Shown piece after piece: positions 45,229-56,444 of a DNA stretch of 64,000 nucleotides; within the stretch, counting starts at the first letter, position 1; each line of letters starts with the position of its first letter. A model generated the notes under the pieces. The model was not told where the DNA came from. It searched no databases and worked only from the letters and a program-made list of their open reading frames with translations. Both the position numbers and the translations under genes were made by a program. The stretch lies in NCBI RefSeq assembly GCF_009914755.1, contig NC_060929.1; one strand, written 5' to 3'. The stretch comes from the human T2T-CHM13v2.0 reference genome, Homo sapiens.

Positions 45229-45777
45229 GAAATAAATATGCTGGAACTGCCCCCTCAGGCTTCTAAGTCGTTGGCCATTTGTTCCACTAAGTTTACACAA
45301 GAAACTGGTACTATTTGAATCTAATTAATCCAACCAAAATTTACCGAGTGCTTCCTATATGAGTATATGTCTAGGTTGTCTATTTTCTAATTTCTCCTTT
45401 TCAGTTAGATGATATGCAAACCCCATGGCACTAATTGTTTAAGGATAGGAATGAGGATTCTTTTGCACAGCCATGTTTGTCTATGAGAAGTTATATCCTT
45501 GCATGTTCCACTCTTTCTTTCCTACTCTGGAAAACAATTCCTACACAGTCCCAATCCCTTCCCTGGGTCCTATTACAAGGAGGCTAATGATGTTGTCAGT
45601 GGCAGCAACTCTTCAGCAGAGCATTGATATTATGAGCTTACCTTTTCACCACCGTAACACAATGCTGACTTGACTCAGAATCAGATCCCCTATCTCCAGG
45701 TCAAGAAAAAAAAAAAAAAAAGAAACAGATTAGACAAAGACCAGTCCAGGCATTTGATTATGTTTAAACTGAGTTGC

Positions 45778-46121
45778 GCCGGGTGCAGTGGCTCAAGCCT
45801 GTAATCCCAGCACTTTGGGAGGCCGAGGCTGGCGGATCAAAAGGTCAGGAGTTTGAGACCATCCTGGCTAATAAGGTGAAACCCCATCTCTACTAAAAAT
45901 ACAAAAAAAAAAAAAAAAAATTAGCCGGGCATAGGTGGTGCATGCCTGTAGTCCCAGCTACTAGGGAGGCTGAGGCAGGAGAATGGCGTAAAACCCGGGA
46001 GGCGGAGCTTGCAGTGAGCCGAGATCGCGCCACTGCACTCCAGCCTGGGAGACAAGAGTGAGACTCCGTCTCAAATAAAATTAAAATAAAATAAAATAAA
46101 ATAAAATAAAATAAAATAAAA
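45778..46121 (+). mobile_element. AluY with expanded middle A-run and (AAAAT)n tail
   Basis: GAATGGCGT, GGAGCTTGCAG; CpG-rich; TSD TAAACTGAGTTGC at 45765-45777 and 46122-46134. Confidence 0.92.
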
Positions 46122-49100
46122 TAAACTGAGTTGCCCCACACTAGTCAGCAATGTAGAGTTAATCATTACTAGAATGGTCAGCATTGGGAAATAACTTCAG
46201 ATATTAGATGAGGAAATGGAAGTGCACAACTGCTAAGTGACTGAACTAAGAACACAGTCAGGTAATGGCTGATCAAGGACTATAACTATGTTTTCCAAAC
46301 CATGCATTTCTTCTGGGTCCCCAAATATAGCAGAGTCATGACTGGACAAGGATTGTTCTTCTGTAACTAAAAAACAAACAACCTCCCTCCCTGAGAAGCA
46401 ACGCTCTCCTAACCTGAACCCAAAACAACCCCTATCAGAAGCTCAAGGTCTTCCTCCGGAGTTCTTCTGCCTAAGGAGAAAATTCTCATCATCACTCTTC
46501 AAATCTAAAATGGCTTATGGCATACAACCAGTTCTCAAAGAAACCACTAGGTTTAAAATGAAAATGAAGCTCTTAAGTCTTCCAACAGGGAAATCTAAGA
46601 TAGCTGGCTTCCTGGCAAGTGTGTGCTCCTCCCTCCATTGTGGGAGACAATCCAGTCACTGGAGTTTCTAAAAGTGGCATATTAACTCTTCCAAGATAAC
46701 AGGGCATCATTCACTAAATTACCTTTTCGAAGACATTACATGGTACCCCAGTTCTTTGGAAAAGGTAATTAGCTTCCCATGGGTGACTAGTTTACTCCAA
46801 GTGAGCACTGTGCTCATCAGAGGACAAGGATGATCTCTTTTTGTGGGAATAAAAACATTATCTTGCTTGTCAGGAGTGATTTATTTTTTACCTTAATAAT
46901 GATGTAAGCCCTTTACGATACATATTTTTAATTGGTAACTACCCCACCATGATAATAGATCATAGCACGTGCAATAAGCTGGGAACTTTAACATCAACAC
47001 ATCTGACCTAAATTAATCTTAATAAGCATCTATTGCACACCTAATATGTGTCAGAGTCTATGCTATATATTGGGGAATTACATTGCTCAAATGTATCCAT
47101 TTGGGGAATATCAGTGATACTAAAACACTCTATCAGATTATGAATGGCTATTAAAGTGAGTCTGGCAAGTGGCCCACCATGTCTTGCCTTGGTCATTAGA
47201 GATTTGAATCCGGTTAATGGCTCCACATTTAAGAGGTTAGTGGAGAATTTAGTAAGGATATATATAAACACAAGAAACATACTTTATAGATCTGAAAATA
47301 AGAGCCACAAGGAAAGGTCAAAATAATTCCAACAGAATAAAACAAAAGTGGAGAATAAAATCCTAAAGGATGACCTTGTTATCCTATAAGACCCAGCTCC
47401 TCCAGGAAGCCTGGCCAGGAATTCTACCCACAATGATCTCCTGCTTCTCTGAGTTTCCATTGCATCTGAGATATAGATCAGAGTACTTAGCACTTGATCA
47501 ATCCATTATAAATTGACTTGTACGATTTTCTTTTTAAAGTATATTTGTCTTGTCTCTCCAATTATATGATAAGCTCCTTGAAGAGCTTGGATGTTATATA
47601 TTTCTCTGGTACCCCCACCTACAGGCTTTGCCAACAAGCACAAAAAAACTGTTGACATATATAAGTAGGAAAAACATGTTAAATGAGAAAACTAAGAGTG
47701 TTTATCACTGAGAAAATAAGATTATGGCAGAGATATGTTCTATTCACTGGCTATTCATGTGTTCCACATTTGCCAGTCCTCTTGCAATTAGGGGAAGCCT
47801 TATAATAATTTCTTAGGTACTGGACCATGAGTAGAAGTTTCTGGACCAAAGCATAAAGAACCAGTTTAAACTTCTAGTTTTTTCTTCCTCCCACAAAGAC
47901 CGTGGAAACCCCATAATGGGGTGATTAAGTAACAACATGAAACCTGCTTGGATCACTGGGTCACCACATGAAGAAGAGCTCTCCTAGAGATTTACTTTAC
48001 TCACAGTCACATTTGTGTGAGCAAGAAAAAAAAAATCCCTGGTTGTGTTAAGCCAGAGATGAATTTTATCTGGTACCATAGCATAGCCTAGGGGTATTAC
48101 ACTGACTGATATTAACAAAAGAAGACTAAAAAGAAAAATCATTTCAGTAGTAAGAGCTGTGACAGAAAGTCCTTCCTGAGGTAAGACTACGGAAGAAAGA
48201 ACTAGGAGACAAAAGACAGACTAGGCTCAATGAAAGGAAGAACTCTGGCAGGCCAGTAAAAGACATCTACCTTTCATTCAAACAGAGCCCACAAGTCCAC
48301 TTGGTGAGAAATAAAAAAGGGACAACTGTGGTCAAGAAATTTGAATGAGACGATTTCAAGGTCCCTTCAAATGCTAAGATTTTATGATCTATGTTTGGCA
48401 ATGGATTCCTAATATATGGAGGCCAGAAAAAGGACATGCAGTTTATGCTGAGTTGTAATTCTTTTAATAACATACAGAAGCAACATCAAAGTATCTCCCT
48501 GTAAAATCTTGCAGGGACAGACAAGAAAAGCACCAAAAGACCCAAGGATCCTCTCCCTTCCCCTGTCCATCTACAATGCCACACCTTTCAAAGTACTCCT
48601 AGGGCTATTTGACAAGTTTATTGCCACCTCAGCTCAGAGCTTGTGTCACAAGAAGATGACTTCATTGATAAAGATTTCTCACCGGATTAAGAGCCTTCTC
48701 GGTGGCTGAAATATCTTGAATTAACCTCTGGAAAGAGGGTGAGGTTCCGTAGGACAGGAGTGTTTCTAGACTCTTGAAACCATGTGTTATTTTGATGCAG
48801 TTATCATGTCCTATCAAAGTATCTCTTGTTTAAATTACAAGGGTGGACTGTTAAATTTCTAAGTAAAGATATTTCGTTTTATTCCCCGAAAATATTTTAA
48901 CAGTAGGGGAAATGTCTATATGTTACATACACAAGGGTAATGCTTAATGACCTGAAAATGTAACTTAAAGAATGATCTCTGCCACTTACTAGGGATATGA
49001 CCTTTGGCAAGTTACTTAGCCTTCATGACTCTCAATTTCTTCCTCTATACAACAAGGGTTAAAATATCTACTTCATAATGGTGCCATGAGTTAAATGAGA

Positions 49101-49776
49101 TAATGAGCTGTGTCAACTAAAAAATGGAGTTCAAATGTAAGGTACTGGAGGGAAAGTAATGAAATAACACTCTCTAAAAATGTTATTTTTGAAATCAATG
49201 TTGGAGTACCTAAGCATTAAGATAATAGACTAAGATAATTAATAAAGCAAGGGTAGCAAAAAGACCAGTTCAGCTTCACTTAACTCATTCAGAATTGTGC
49301 AATTAGCAAATCTAAAAAGAACTTATTTTAATTTCAGTATATCTATGTTTTGTTTTATAATTTAATATTTTTATTTTTAATTTCATAAAAATCACATATA
49401 ATCTTTTCCATGTTAAAAAGCATCTACAGTTCTTAATCTGACCTTGAGTTTATCTTTAATAGATTCAATAAAGACTAGGAACGAAAGTATATAAAGTCTT
49501 ATGACAGTTCAGTGAAAGATGCAAAGAACATATACTATATATGTCATGTGGGTTAATTATATATTTCCTGGTACTTGTGAATTACTTCAACACAGAACTG
49601 AGAGGGATTGTGGCAGCGTGAGCAACTGCAACAAGTGTAACTCAAATAAAATGGGTCTGAAGATGGAAACTGAGATATATGGGATATTTCATCACGTGGA
49701 TGGAAGATGCAGCTTAACGGTAATAACAACTAATTATGCCTGCTTAAAGACAAACAACTTATGAGCGCAGGGCTTG

Positions 49777-49891
49777 GAAGGCCGAGGGTGTGAACTGCGG
49801 TCCCCATGCCATCACTTGTATGGCATGTATGCCATCATCAAAATCAAAAGATGGCTCTTTTTTGTCAGGTCAAGTGAAAAACTCTGTACAC
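49777..49891 (+). repeat. Cluster of three short dispersed direct repeats of nearby unique DNA
   Basis: 49777-49805 vs 52874-52902 (26/29); 49806-49831 vs 50921-50946 (25/26); 49871-49891 vs 51498-51518 (21/21). Confidence 0.92.
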
Positions 49892-52479
49892 AGCTCATAC
49901 CCAAAACTCCTTAATGGCACGTTTTAGTAAGTCTTCTAAATCCATGCCTTGTTTTGATAGTGTACACATTAAAAAAAGCCAAAGGCATTGTTCTGTGTCT
50001 CTCTGTAATGACCACATGCTAAATCGGCCATGGTTCCTATACCAAAAGCTCTGCACTGAGGAGACTTAGCAGAAAGCCGGGCAGGAGGTGCCCCTCTTTG
50101 TTGCAGCTTTCATTTTTAAAATAAGTCATAATTTCTGCATTGGATACAAAGATGGGTTTACAGCTATTAGCCATCATATTAATAATTTAGAAAATACATG
50201 CCCAATCACTGACGTTCTTTCAATTCCCTATGAACACAGCTGCAACCCACATTAGAAGTGAGGGTGAATGGATATTTTTCAGATGAGATATTTGGGCTGA
50301 ATTATTAGGGTAGCCTGTACTACAAAATTACTAATAAACATTGCTTCTGGCTCAATTCAGCCTGAACTCAGTGAACCTAGCCAATGGTGACAAATCAAAA
50401 ACTCTGAAATGCCCAGTGAATGAATCTAACTAATCACGGAACCCTGTAGGAAGTAGATGCCAGGATTAATGAGCCAGTGGTTTCACCATGCCATGCTGTT
50501 ATTTCTTCACATAAATGCCCTCAGATGAGATTATCTTTATGTCATGAAAAGGAGAAAAGGAAGGTTACATTATTTCAACTGACAGGTTAACTACTGCCAT
50601 TACTAGAATACACATATTTGTGGGCTAAGTTTTTTCTTTATCCTAAAAATTTAAATGTAAGTTCCACAATATAAATTAAAAACACATTTTCATTTTTGGG
50701 AAAAGCTGTCATTGGGGGCACCAAACATAAATTGTCCCAAAGTTAGAATTTTCCTCTTTATTTCCTCTGCATGTCTATATGCACATCTACCGTGATTTAC
50801 CCAAACTGCTCTGCATGCTGTTTTGTATTGAGTATCTAACATCATCTTCAGCAGGTTGCATTCCCATATCATATTTCCTCCACCATCAACAAAAGGTAAT
50901 CTAAGTGCAAAATCATTACTATACCATCACTTGTATGGCATGTATGATATTTAGTACCAATACTGAGGAAAAAATAAAGATACAAGGATGAACTTGTATA
51001 TTAAAATAAATCAATCATATGGTTACATCATAATGGATTGTTTCCAGCTAGCATGTGGTGACAGTATTCAATATCAAACAGGCTACTCAGCAAAAAGTAC
51101 AATTATTAGAGGCAGGACATCTAGCATGTTGTACTTAAACTACTTTGTGTTCTGATATTATTCAACTTTATTGTCTTTATTCCCTTATTAAATTTACTTA
51201 ATTATTATTAGATCTTTAACAATTTTGAGTCAGAATTGCTGTTAATGATGAGTAAAAAAATTGTATGAAGCATTATTCTGTTGTTAGATTTTTCTCCTTC
51301 AAAAAGCAGAAATCTTTCAGGCTTGTGATTGAGGTTCTTATTCTTCTCTTTTTATCTTTGCTAAACCGTCAACCTTAACAATTCAGGCCTGCTTGCCTTC
51401 CCTTAACCTAATGGCGTATATGACTTTAAAATGTTCAGGATTCTGAATACAAAAATCTATTATTGCTATAGAAACAAATATTAGCCCAGAGTCAAGCCAA
51501 GTGAAAAACTCTGTACACTTTACTATAATATTGATAAATAACCACTACATTATGAAATATAAGTATCTTTGAAAGCATCTATCACTTGAGTTGATTTGCA
51601 ACTTCTCATCAGTGTTCTGAGTTGGCCCATTTTTTTCCAATGAAAGATCCCATTTCCCTTGCCTTTGAGAAATACAATTTTTAAAGATTCCATTTAGCAT
51701 CCTTTATTGCATTCCTACATCATAAAGTTATGCTTTATAGCAGCATAAAAAGCTGTAAAATTGGCATCCTTGTAAACAACATTCCATGAGCACTGGTGAA
51801 GCAATCCGTAATTTGTACTGATCTCTTAAATGTGACTTGAGATTACAGTATCCACGATTTCAATTTTTTTTAAAAAAAAGCACTAACATAAAACAAGCGA
51901 GAATATGATGAAATGCAAAAACAAGGAAAAGTATTTTTCATTAACTCATATTTTAGAAATTTGGTGGTTGTGTGCTGCTGAATTCTTGGATGAGTTCTCA
52001 AATACAGAAATGTTCCGTTCTTGTATGAAATTCAAAATGAGCATGTTTTCTCTTCTTTAATATTTTAATGTACTAAAAATAGTCTTTAGGAAAGTGTATA
52101 ACTGAAATATTCTGTGAACCCACCCACCAGTTTACCTCTAATTAAAATTCCTAAGGTAACATGAACAGATTTACTTTATCATTAAAAATCATAGCTTTTT
52201 GTTCTCATCTCTGAGGAGATTCCATTGTGTTCTCTTAGTTGAGTAACGATTACAACAGCTCCTCAAATTCACATGTAGCCCAGCTGTATTGTATTTTAGC
52301 AGGAGGGTATTTTTTAGGGTTTACACTCTGAGGCAACCAAATGAGAAGTCTTCCCGTGGGAAAAGGGGTGCCCTCTCAATGCCTATAATGACCATTAAAT
52401 TTCAAACCACAAGATTGATTTCGGTTAGCCTTCCCAAGGAAGCCTGTGATATCGATTTGCCTCCAAGTTTAAAACACAC

Positions 52480-53275
52480 CGCAAACCTTCCCCTCGGCCG
52501 ACCGAAGAAACGGCATTTTTTTCCTACTCCTTTGGGGCAGTCCCCTGAGCACGTGCCTGAAGTCGAGGTTAGTACGCAGCCAGCAGGGACCCTGACAGGA
52601 AACCAGAGCAGCCCCGGGGTTGGGGGAGCCCTGGTAGGTGCTGGTCGTCCCGGACACGCCTCTTCTGGAGAAGCGCGTTTGTCCCTTACTTGGGAGGTCC
52701 CGGGTATCTGAAGCGGATCCCGGGTCTGGGGACATGAAGGGGCGCCGTGGCCTTAGGGAAGGCCCCAAAGAGGCCTAGGCCCCGGAGGAGGCAAGAGCCG
52801 CGGCCTAGCTTCCACCGCGTACCTGGGGCCAGACACGGCTGGGGCGGCGCCGGAGAGCAGAACTCCAGGCTCTGAAGGCCGAGGGTGCGAATTGTGGTCC
52901 CCTCCCACCCACGGCCTCCCCATCACGCGCACGCAGCCCGCGAGGGGCGCCCTCCGCGCCACTGCCCCAGGGACACCGTTCATCTGAGGAACTCTCGCGC
53001 CCTGCGTTTCGTGCCGACAGCGACGCTCGGAGTCCCACCTGGGAAACCTGGGTTGGCCCGGAAACCTCGGGAGGCTCAGAGCTTGCGTGAGGCGCTCGCG
53101 GCGCCCCAGCATGCCGCCCCGTCGCGGAGACCTCACCTTGCAGCCCAGAAACCGAACCCAAGCCCACTGCAGGGCGAAGGGCCCACGCGTTCCAACTGGC
53201 GCGAATATAACCATTCCCAAGACCGGCCCCTCCCCTCCCCCCACGAGACCCCTCCCGCCGTTCAAGGTCACACCA
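52480..53275. promoter_or_regulatory. CpG island just downstream of the OTP 3' end
   Basis: Abrupt GC/CpG-rich block between AT-rich flanks. Confidence 0.85.
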
Positions 53276-53291
53276 AAACCCATCATTCTCT

Positions 53292-54846
53292 ATATCACAT
53301 ACTGAAAATGATTTTATTTTATCCATTTACATTTAACTTGATATAAACTTGTCCGGAAAAGTCAAATAATATGCTTTATATTAGCTCAAACATTTATTAA
53401 GAAAACCGAATTCCATAAATAAACACAGACATTAAGTTAAAACATATCACAAATTGACCAGTATGTAACAAGAATGCTTTATCTACACAAAACATCCTAT
53501 TTCACATATTTGTTCATTCTTAGAAAGCGCTTCTGTTCTCTGGGTTTGGATTTGACCAGCACATGCAGAAAGAGCTGATTGTGTTTCTCTGTACAAAGTT
53601 GCAGGGTTGTAGATGTCCGAGTGCCCCCATCGGCTGCCAGCAGGTGGCCGAGGGGCACGAGGGACGACAGGACCACCACAAAACAACCAAGGGCACAGAG
53701 CAGCGAGAAGACAGAAACAGAAAAGGAAGCAAACAAACCCCAGTCCTGAAGGATCCAGAAAAGAGATGTGGCTTTTGCTTTTACAAAAGAAAATTTTGCT
53801 TACACGTTTATTTTATTCTTCCTTATAAAGACTTATCAAAATGGGTCAGATCACCTCTTCCTCGTCACATGACTGCTTTAGTCTACTCCAGCCACCCAAT
53901 CCACTGTCACGTTCCTCCTGAGAAGCCTTCCCTTCTACACTCTCACACAGTTGTGCTTAAGAAAATGAAAATAAGATAAAATAAAAATAAAAGCGTTATC
54001 TTGCAAGCCAAGAGAGGGCTGCACGGATGTGACTGGGTGGACTGGGCAAGGGTAGCGTGGTGGGAGAGGAAAGAAAGACAGGAGCTTGGAGAGTACAAGG
54101 ATAAATCAAATCATATCAGTTGGGCCCTCAGATGAGGCGGTTGGTAGCAATGCTTGTCCTCCTTTAAGACAAAAATCCCTAACATTGTGCTGTCCCTTGA
54201 ACACGTCCGTGTGTGACCTAGGTGCACCGTGTCTGTGCGCGCGCGTGTGTAGCGTCTGAGCGTGAGCGAGAGTGCGAGTGTGTGTGTTTCTGCCCACAAA
54301 CCAGTCCATTGGTGTCTGATTTCAGATCCTGAGTCGACTCCCTGGTACGTAAAATGGCGGGAAGGATACTTTTTGCCGGGCGCGGGAGGAGGGTCGCGAA
54401 GTGTGGGGAAAGAGGGGACCGGAGGGGAGGCGGCGGGCGAGGGGGGTCGTAGGCGTCGCGTCGAAGGTGTGGGTGGGAACGCCGCCCGTCAGAAGGCCAG
54501 GAGGAGGGCGCGAGCACGGCCAGCGCAAGCAGGGAGGCCAGGGTGGCGGGAAGGGTGGGCTGAGGCGCTGGAGACCGAGCCGAGGGCGCAGCTGGGTGGG
54601 AAGGGAAGAGGGGCGGCCGGGAGACGGGGGACCGCGGGCGATCGAAATCAGGCGGAGGGGAGGCCTCGCGGGCTGGGGCTTGGGGTGAGCCCGAGCGAGT
54701 GGAGGAGAGAGGCGAGGACGAAACGAGACGGGGCGAAGGCCGGGGCGGGACGGGGCAGGGCGCCGGGGTCCGGGTGCGCGCCGGAAGGGCCTCGGGGCGG
54801 CCCCCGGGGCGGTGCTGGGGGCGGAGCGGGCCGGGGCGCGGCTGCA
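53292..54846 (-). other. OTP: OTP 3' UTR (about 1.55 kb)
   Basis: Lies between TAA stop (54847) and distal poly(A) signal; C-rich proximal half, AU-rich distal half. Confidence 0.75.
53313..53318 (-). terminator. OTP: Probable OTP polyadenylation signal AATAAA
   Basis: TTTATT on + strand; GU-rich element GGGTTTTGGTGTG ~30-45 nt downstream on the minus strand. Confidence 0.7.
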
Positions 54847-55680
54847 TTAAGTGAAGCTCATAGAGACTGTGTGCTCTAGCGCCTTGCGGCGGAGGGAGGC
54901 GATGCTGGTGCCCCGCCACACGTCGCTGCTGTCCGGGGAGCTGCAGAGCTGGGGCGAACCGGAGACGTTGCTGGGGCCGGGGAGGGAGGCGGGCACCATG
55001 CCGGGGAAGGCGGGCTGGTAGAGGTGCGACTGCAGCCCCGCGCCGTTGGAACCCGCCAGGCTGTTGGACAGGCCCATGGAGTTGGGCGGCGGACCGGCCG
55101 CCAGGCTGCACTGGGACAGCGACTGCGCCATGGCCTGCTGCCTGCCCAGCGCCGGCGGCAGAGGCAGCTGTGACACGCCAGGCATGGCGGCCGCCGCCCA
55201 GCGGGTGTCGTTGGCGTGGAAAGAGCACAGGCTGTCGCCCATGGCGGCGGCAGCGGCGGCGGCAGCCGACGGGAACTGAGGCAGGCCTGGCGTGGGCAGC
55301 AGTGTGCCGGGCGCACGGAACACGTTGGTCGTCTTCTTGCGCTTCTTCCACTTGGCGCGTCGGTTCTGGAACCAGACCTGGAGCGGGCGGGGCGGGAGAC
55401 AGACAGGGAGCTATTAGCCGGCCCGGCGGCTGGGGAGTTGGGGCTTGAGCCCCAGAAACCCGCCTCGGATACAGCCGCTCTGCCCTGGGAGGAACAAGTG
55501 CCGTAGGCCCGACAAGCCCCCATACCCAGCCGGAGACTGTGGCTCCCCACCAACTCCTGGCAACTGGCGCCCCCTGCACCCACCAAGCGCGGAGTCCTGC
55601 GCTCCTAAGAGCTCGTGCCCCGAAGAGTTTACGCACTGTGCAAACACACCAAATGTGTGCAGTCTTCACCACGCCCCTGC
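54200..55680. promoter_or_regulatory. CpG island over OTP exon 3
   Basis: Very high GC and CpG density. Confidence 0.9.
54847..55377 (-). CDS. OTP: OTP exon 3 CDS: homeodomain helix 3, poly-Ala, OAR domain
   Basis: Acceptor ...CCGCTCCAG|GTC TGG TTC CAG AAC ([12 protein letters not shown]), branch-like CTAAT near 55415, A8 tract, OAR motif [18 protein letters not shown] at 54849-54847; 531 nt. Confidence 0.97.
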   Translation of the reverse strand, partial: VWFQNRRAKWKKRKKTTNVFRAPGTLLPTPGLPQFPSAAAAAAAAMGDSLCSFHANDTRWAAAAMPGVSQLPLPPALGRQQAMAQSLSQCSLAAGPPPNSMGLSNSLAGSNGAGLQSHLYQPAFPGMVPASLPGPSNVSGSPQLCSSPDSSDVWRGTSIASLRRKALEHTVSMSFT

Positions 55681-56134
55681 ACATTCTGTGCACTGCACAG
55701 ATTCACAGGTCTGCAGTCAGGCATGTGTCAAAGTTCGACCCACAGGTGTACAAATGAAGATAAACGTGTACCCATGTAGCTTAATAGCATGCCTTATAAC
55801 ACTGATGTGCTATAGAATTTTCAGAAACGCTGGAAATTTGGAAATTGATGACAGGCTGTGGATGACATAGTTTCAAAATCGAAAGACAAAGGAAAACCCC
55901 TAACGCTACGGTTGACAGAGCGGAGAGGTTAATACAGTGATCTGCGTGGGAAAGTGAACGCCACTGAGCTACAGTGTTGTTTGGGTCACCACCATGACTT
56001 CCGATTCCTCCCATATTGCTTCGTGCTACTGCCACAACTCTCCGTGCCTCATTCCCAAACCACTCTATGGACACCTTTGTCTGGGCTGTACGAGTGGCTG
56101 GAACCTGCTGCCCCAAGAGCCTTCAACCCTATTC

Positions 56135-56444
56135 TTTTTTTTTTTTTTTTTTTTTTTTTGAGACGGAGTCTTGCTCTGTAGCCCAGGTTGGAGTGCAGTG
56201 GCACGATCTCGGCTCACTGCAACCTCCGCTTCCCGGGTCCCGGCTGAAGCAATTCTCCTGCCTCAGCCTCCCGAGTAGCTAGGATTACAGAAACGCGCCA
56301 CCATGCCCAGATAATTTTTGTACTTTTAGTGGAGACGGGGTTTCACCATGTTGGCCAGGCTGGTCTTGAACTCCTGACCTCGTGATCCACCCGCCTCGGC
56401 CTCCCAAAGTGCTAGGATTACAGACGTGAGCCACCGCGCCAAGC
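56135..56444 (-). mobile_element. AluS in OTP intron 2
   Basis: Poly-T then reverse dimer with short CCCGG duplication in the right arm. Confidence 0.92.

Noticed and set aside
49777-49891. CRISPR-like spacer array or spliced retrocopy as explanation of the patchwork
   Set aside because: No constant repeat between pieces, eukaryotic DNA, pieces not colinear with donors, no poly(A) or TSD
52289-53346. Several 100-177 aa ORFs on both strands in the downstream CpG island
   Set aside because: Expected in GC-rich sequence; mutually overlapping with no protein family signature
53480-53487. Pumilio-like element TGTAGATA in the OTP 3' UTR
   Set aside because: G at the variable position departs from UGUAHAUA; a single weak match
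54218-55693. 491-aa minus ORF and other long ORFs overlapping OTP exon 3
   Set aside because: Off-frame products of stop-poor GC-rich DNA; low-complexity P/R/A/G composition, no recognisable domain
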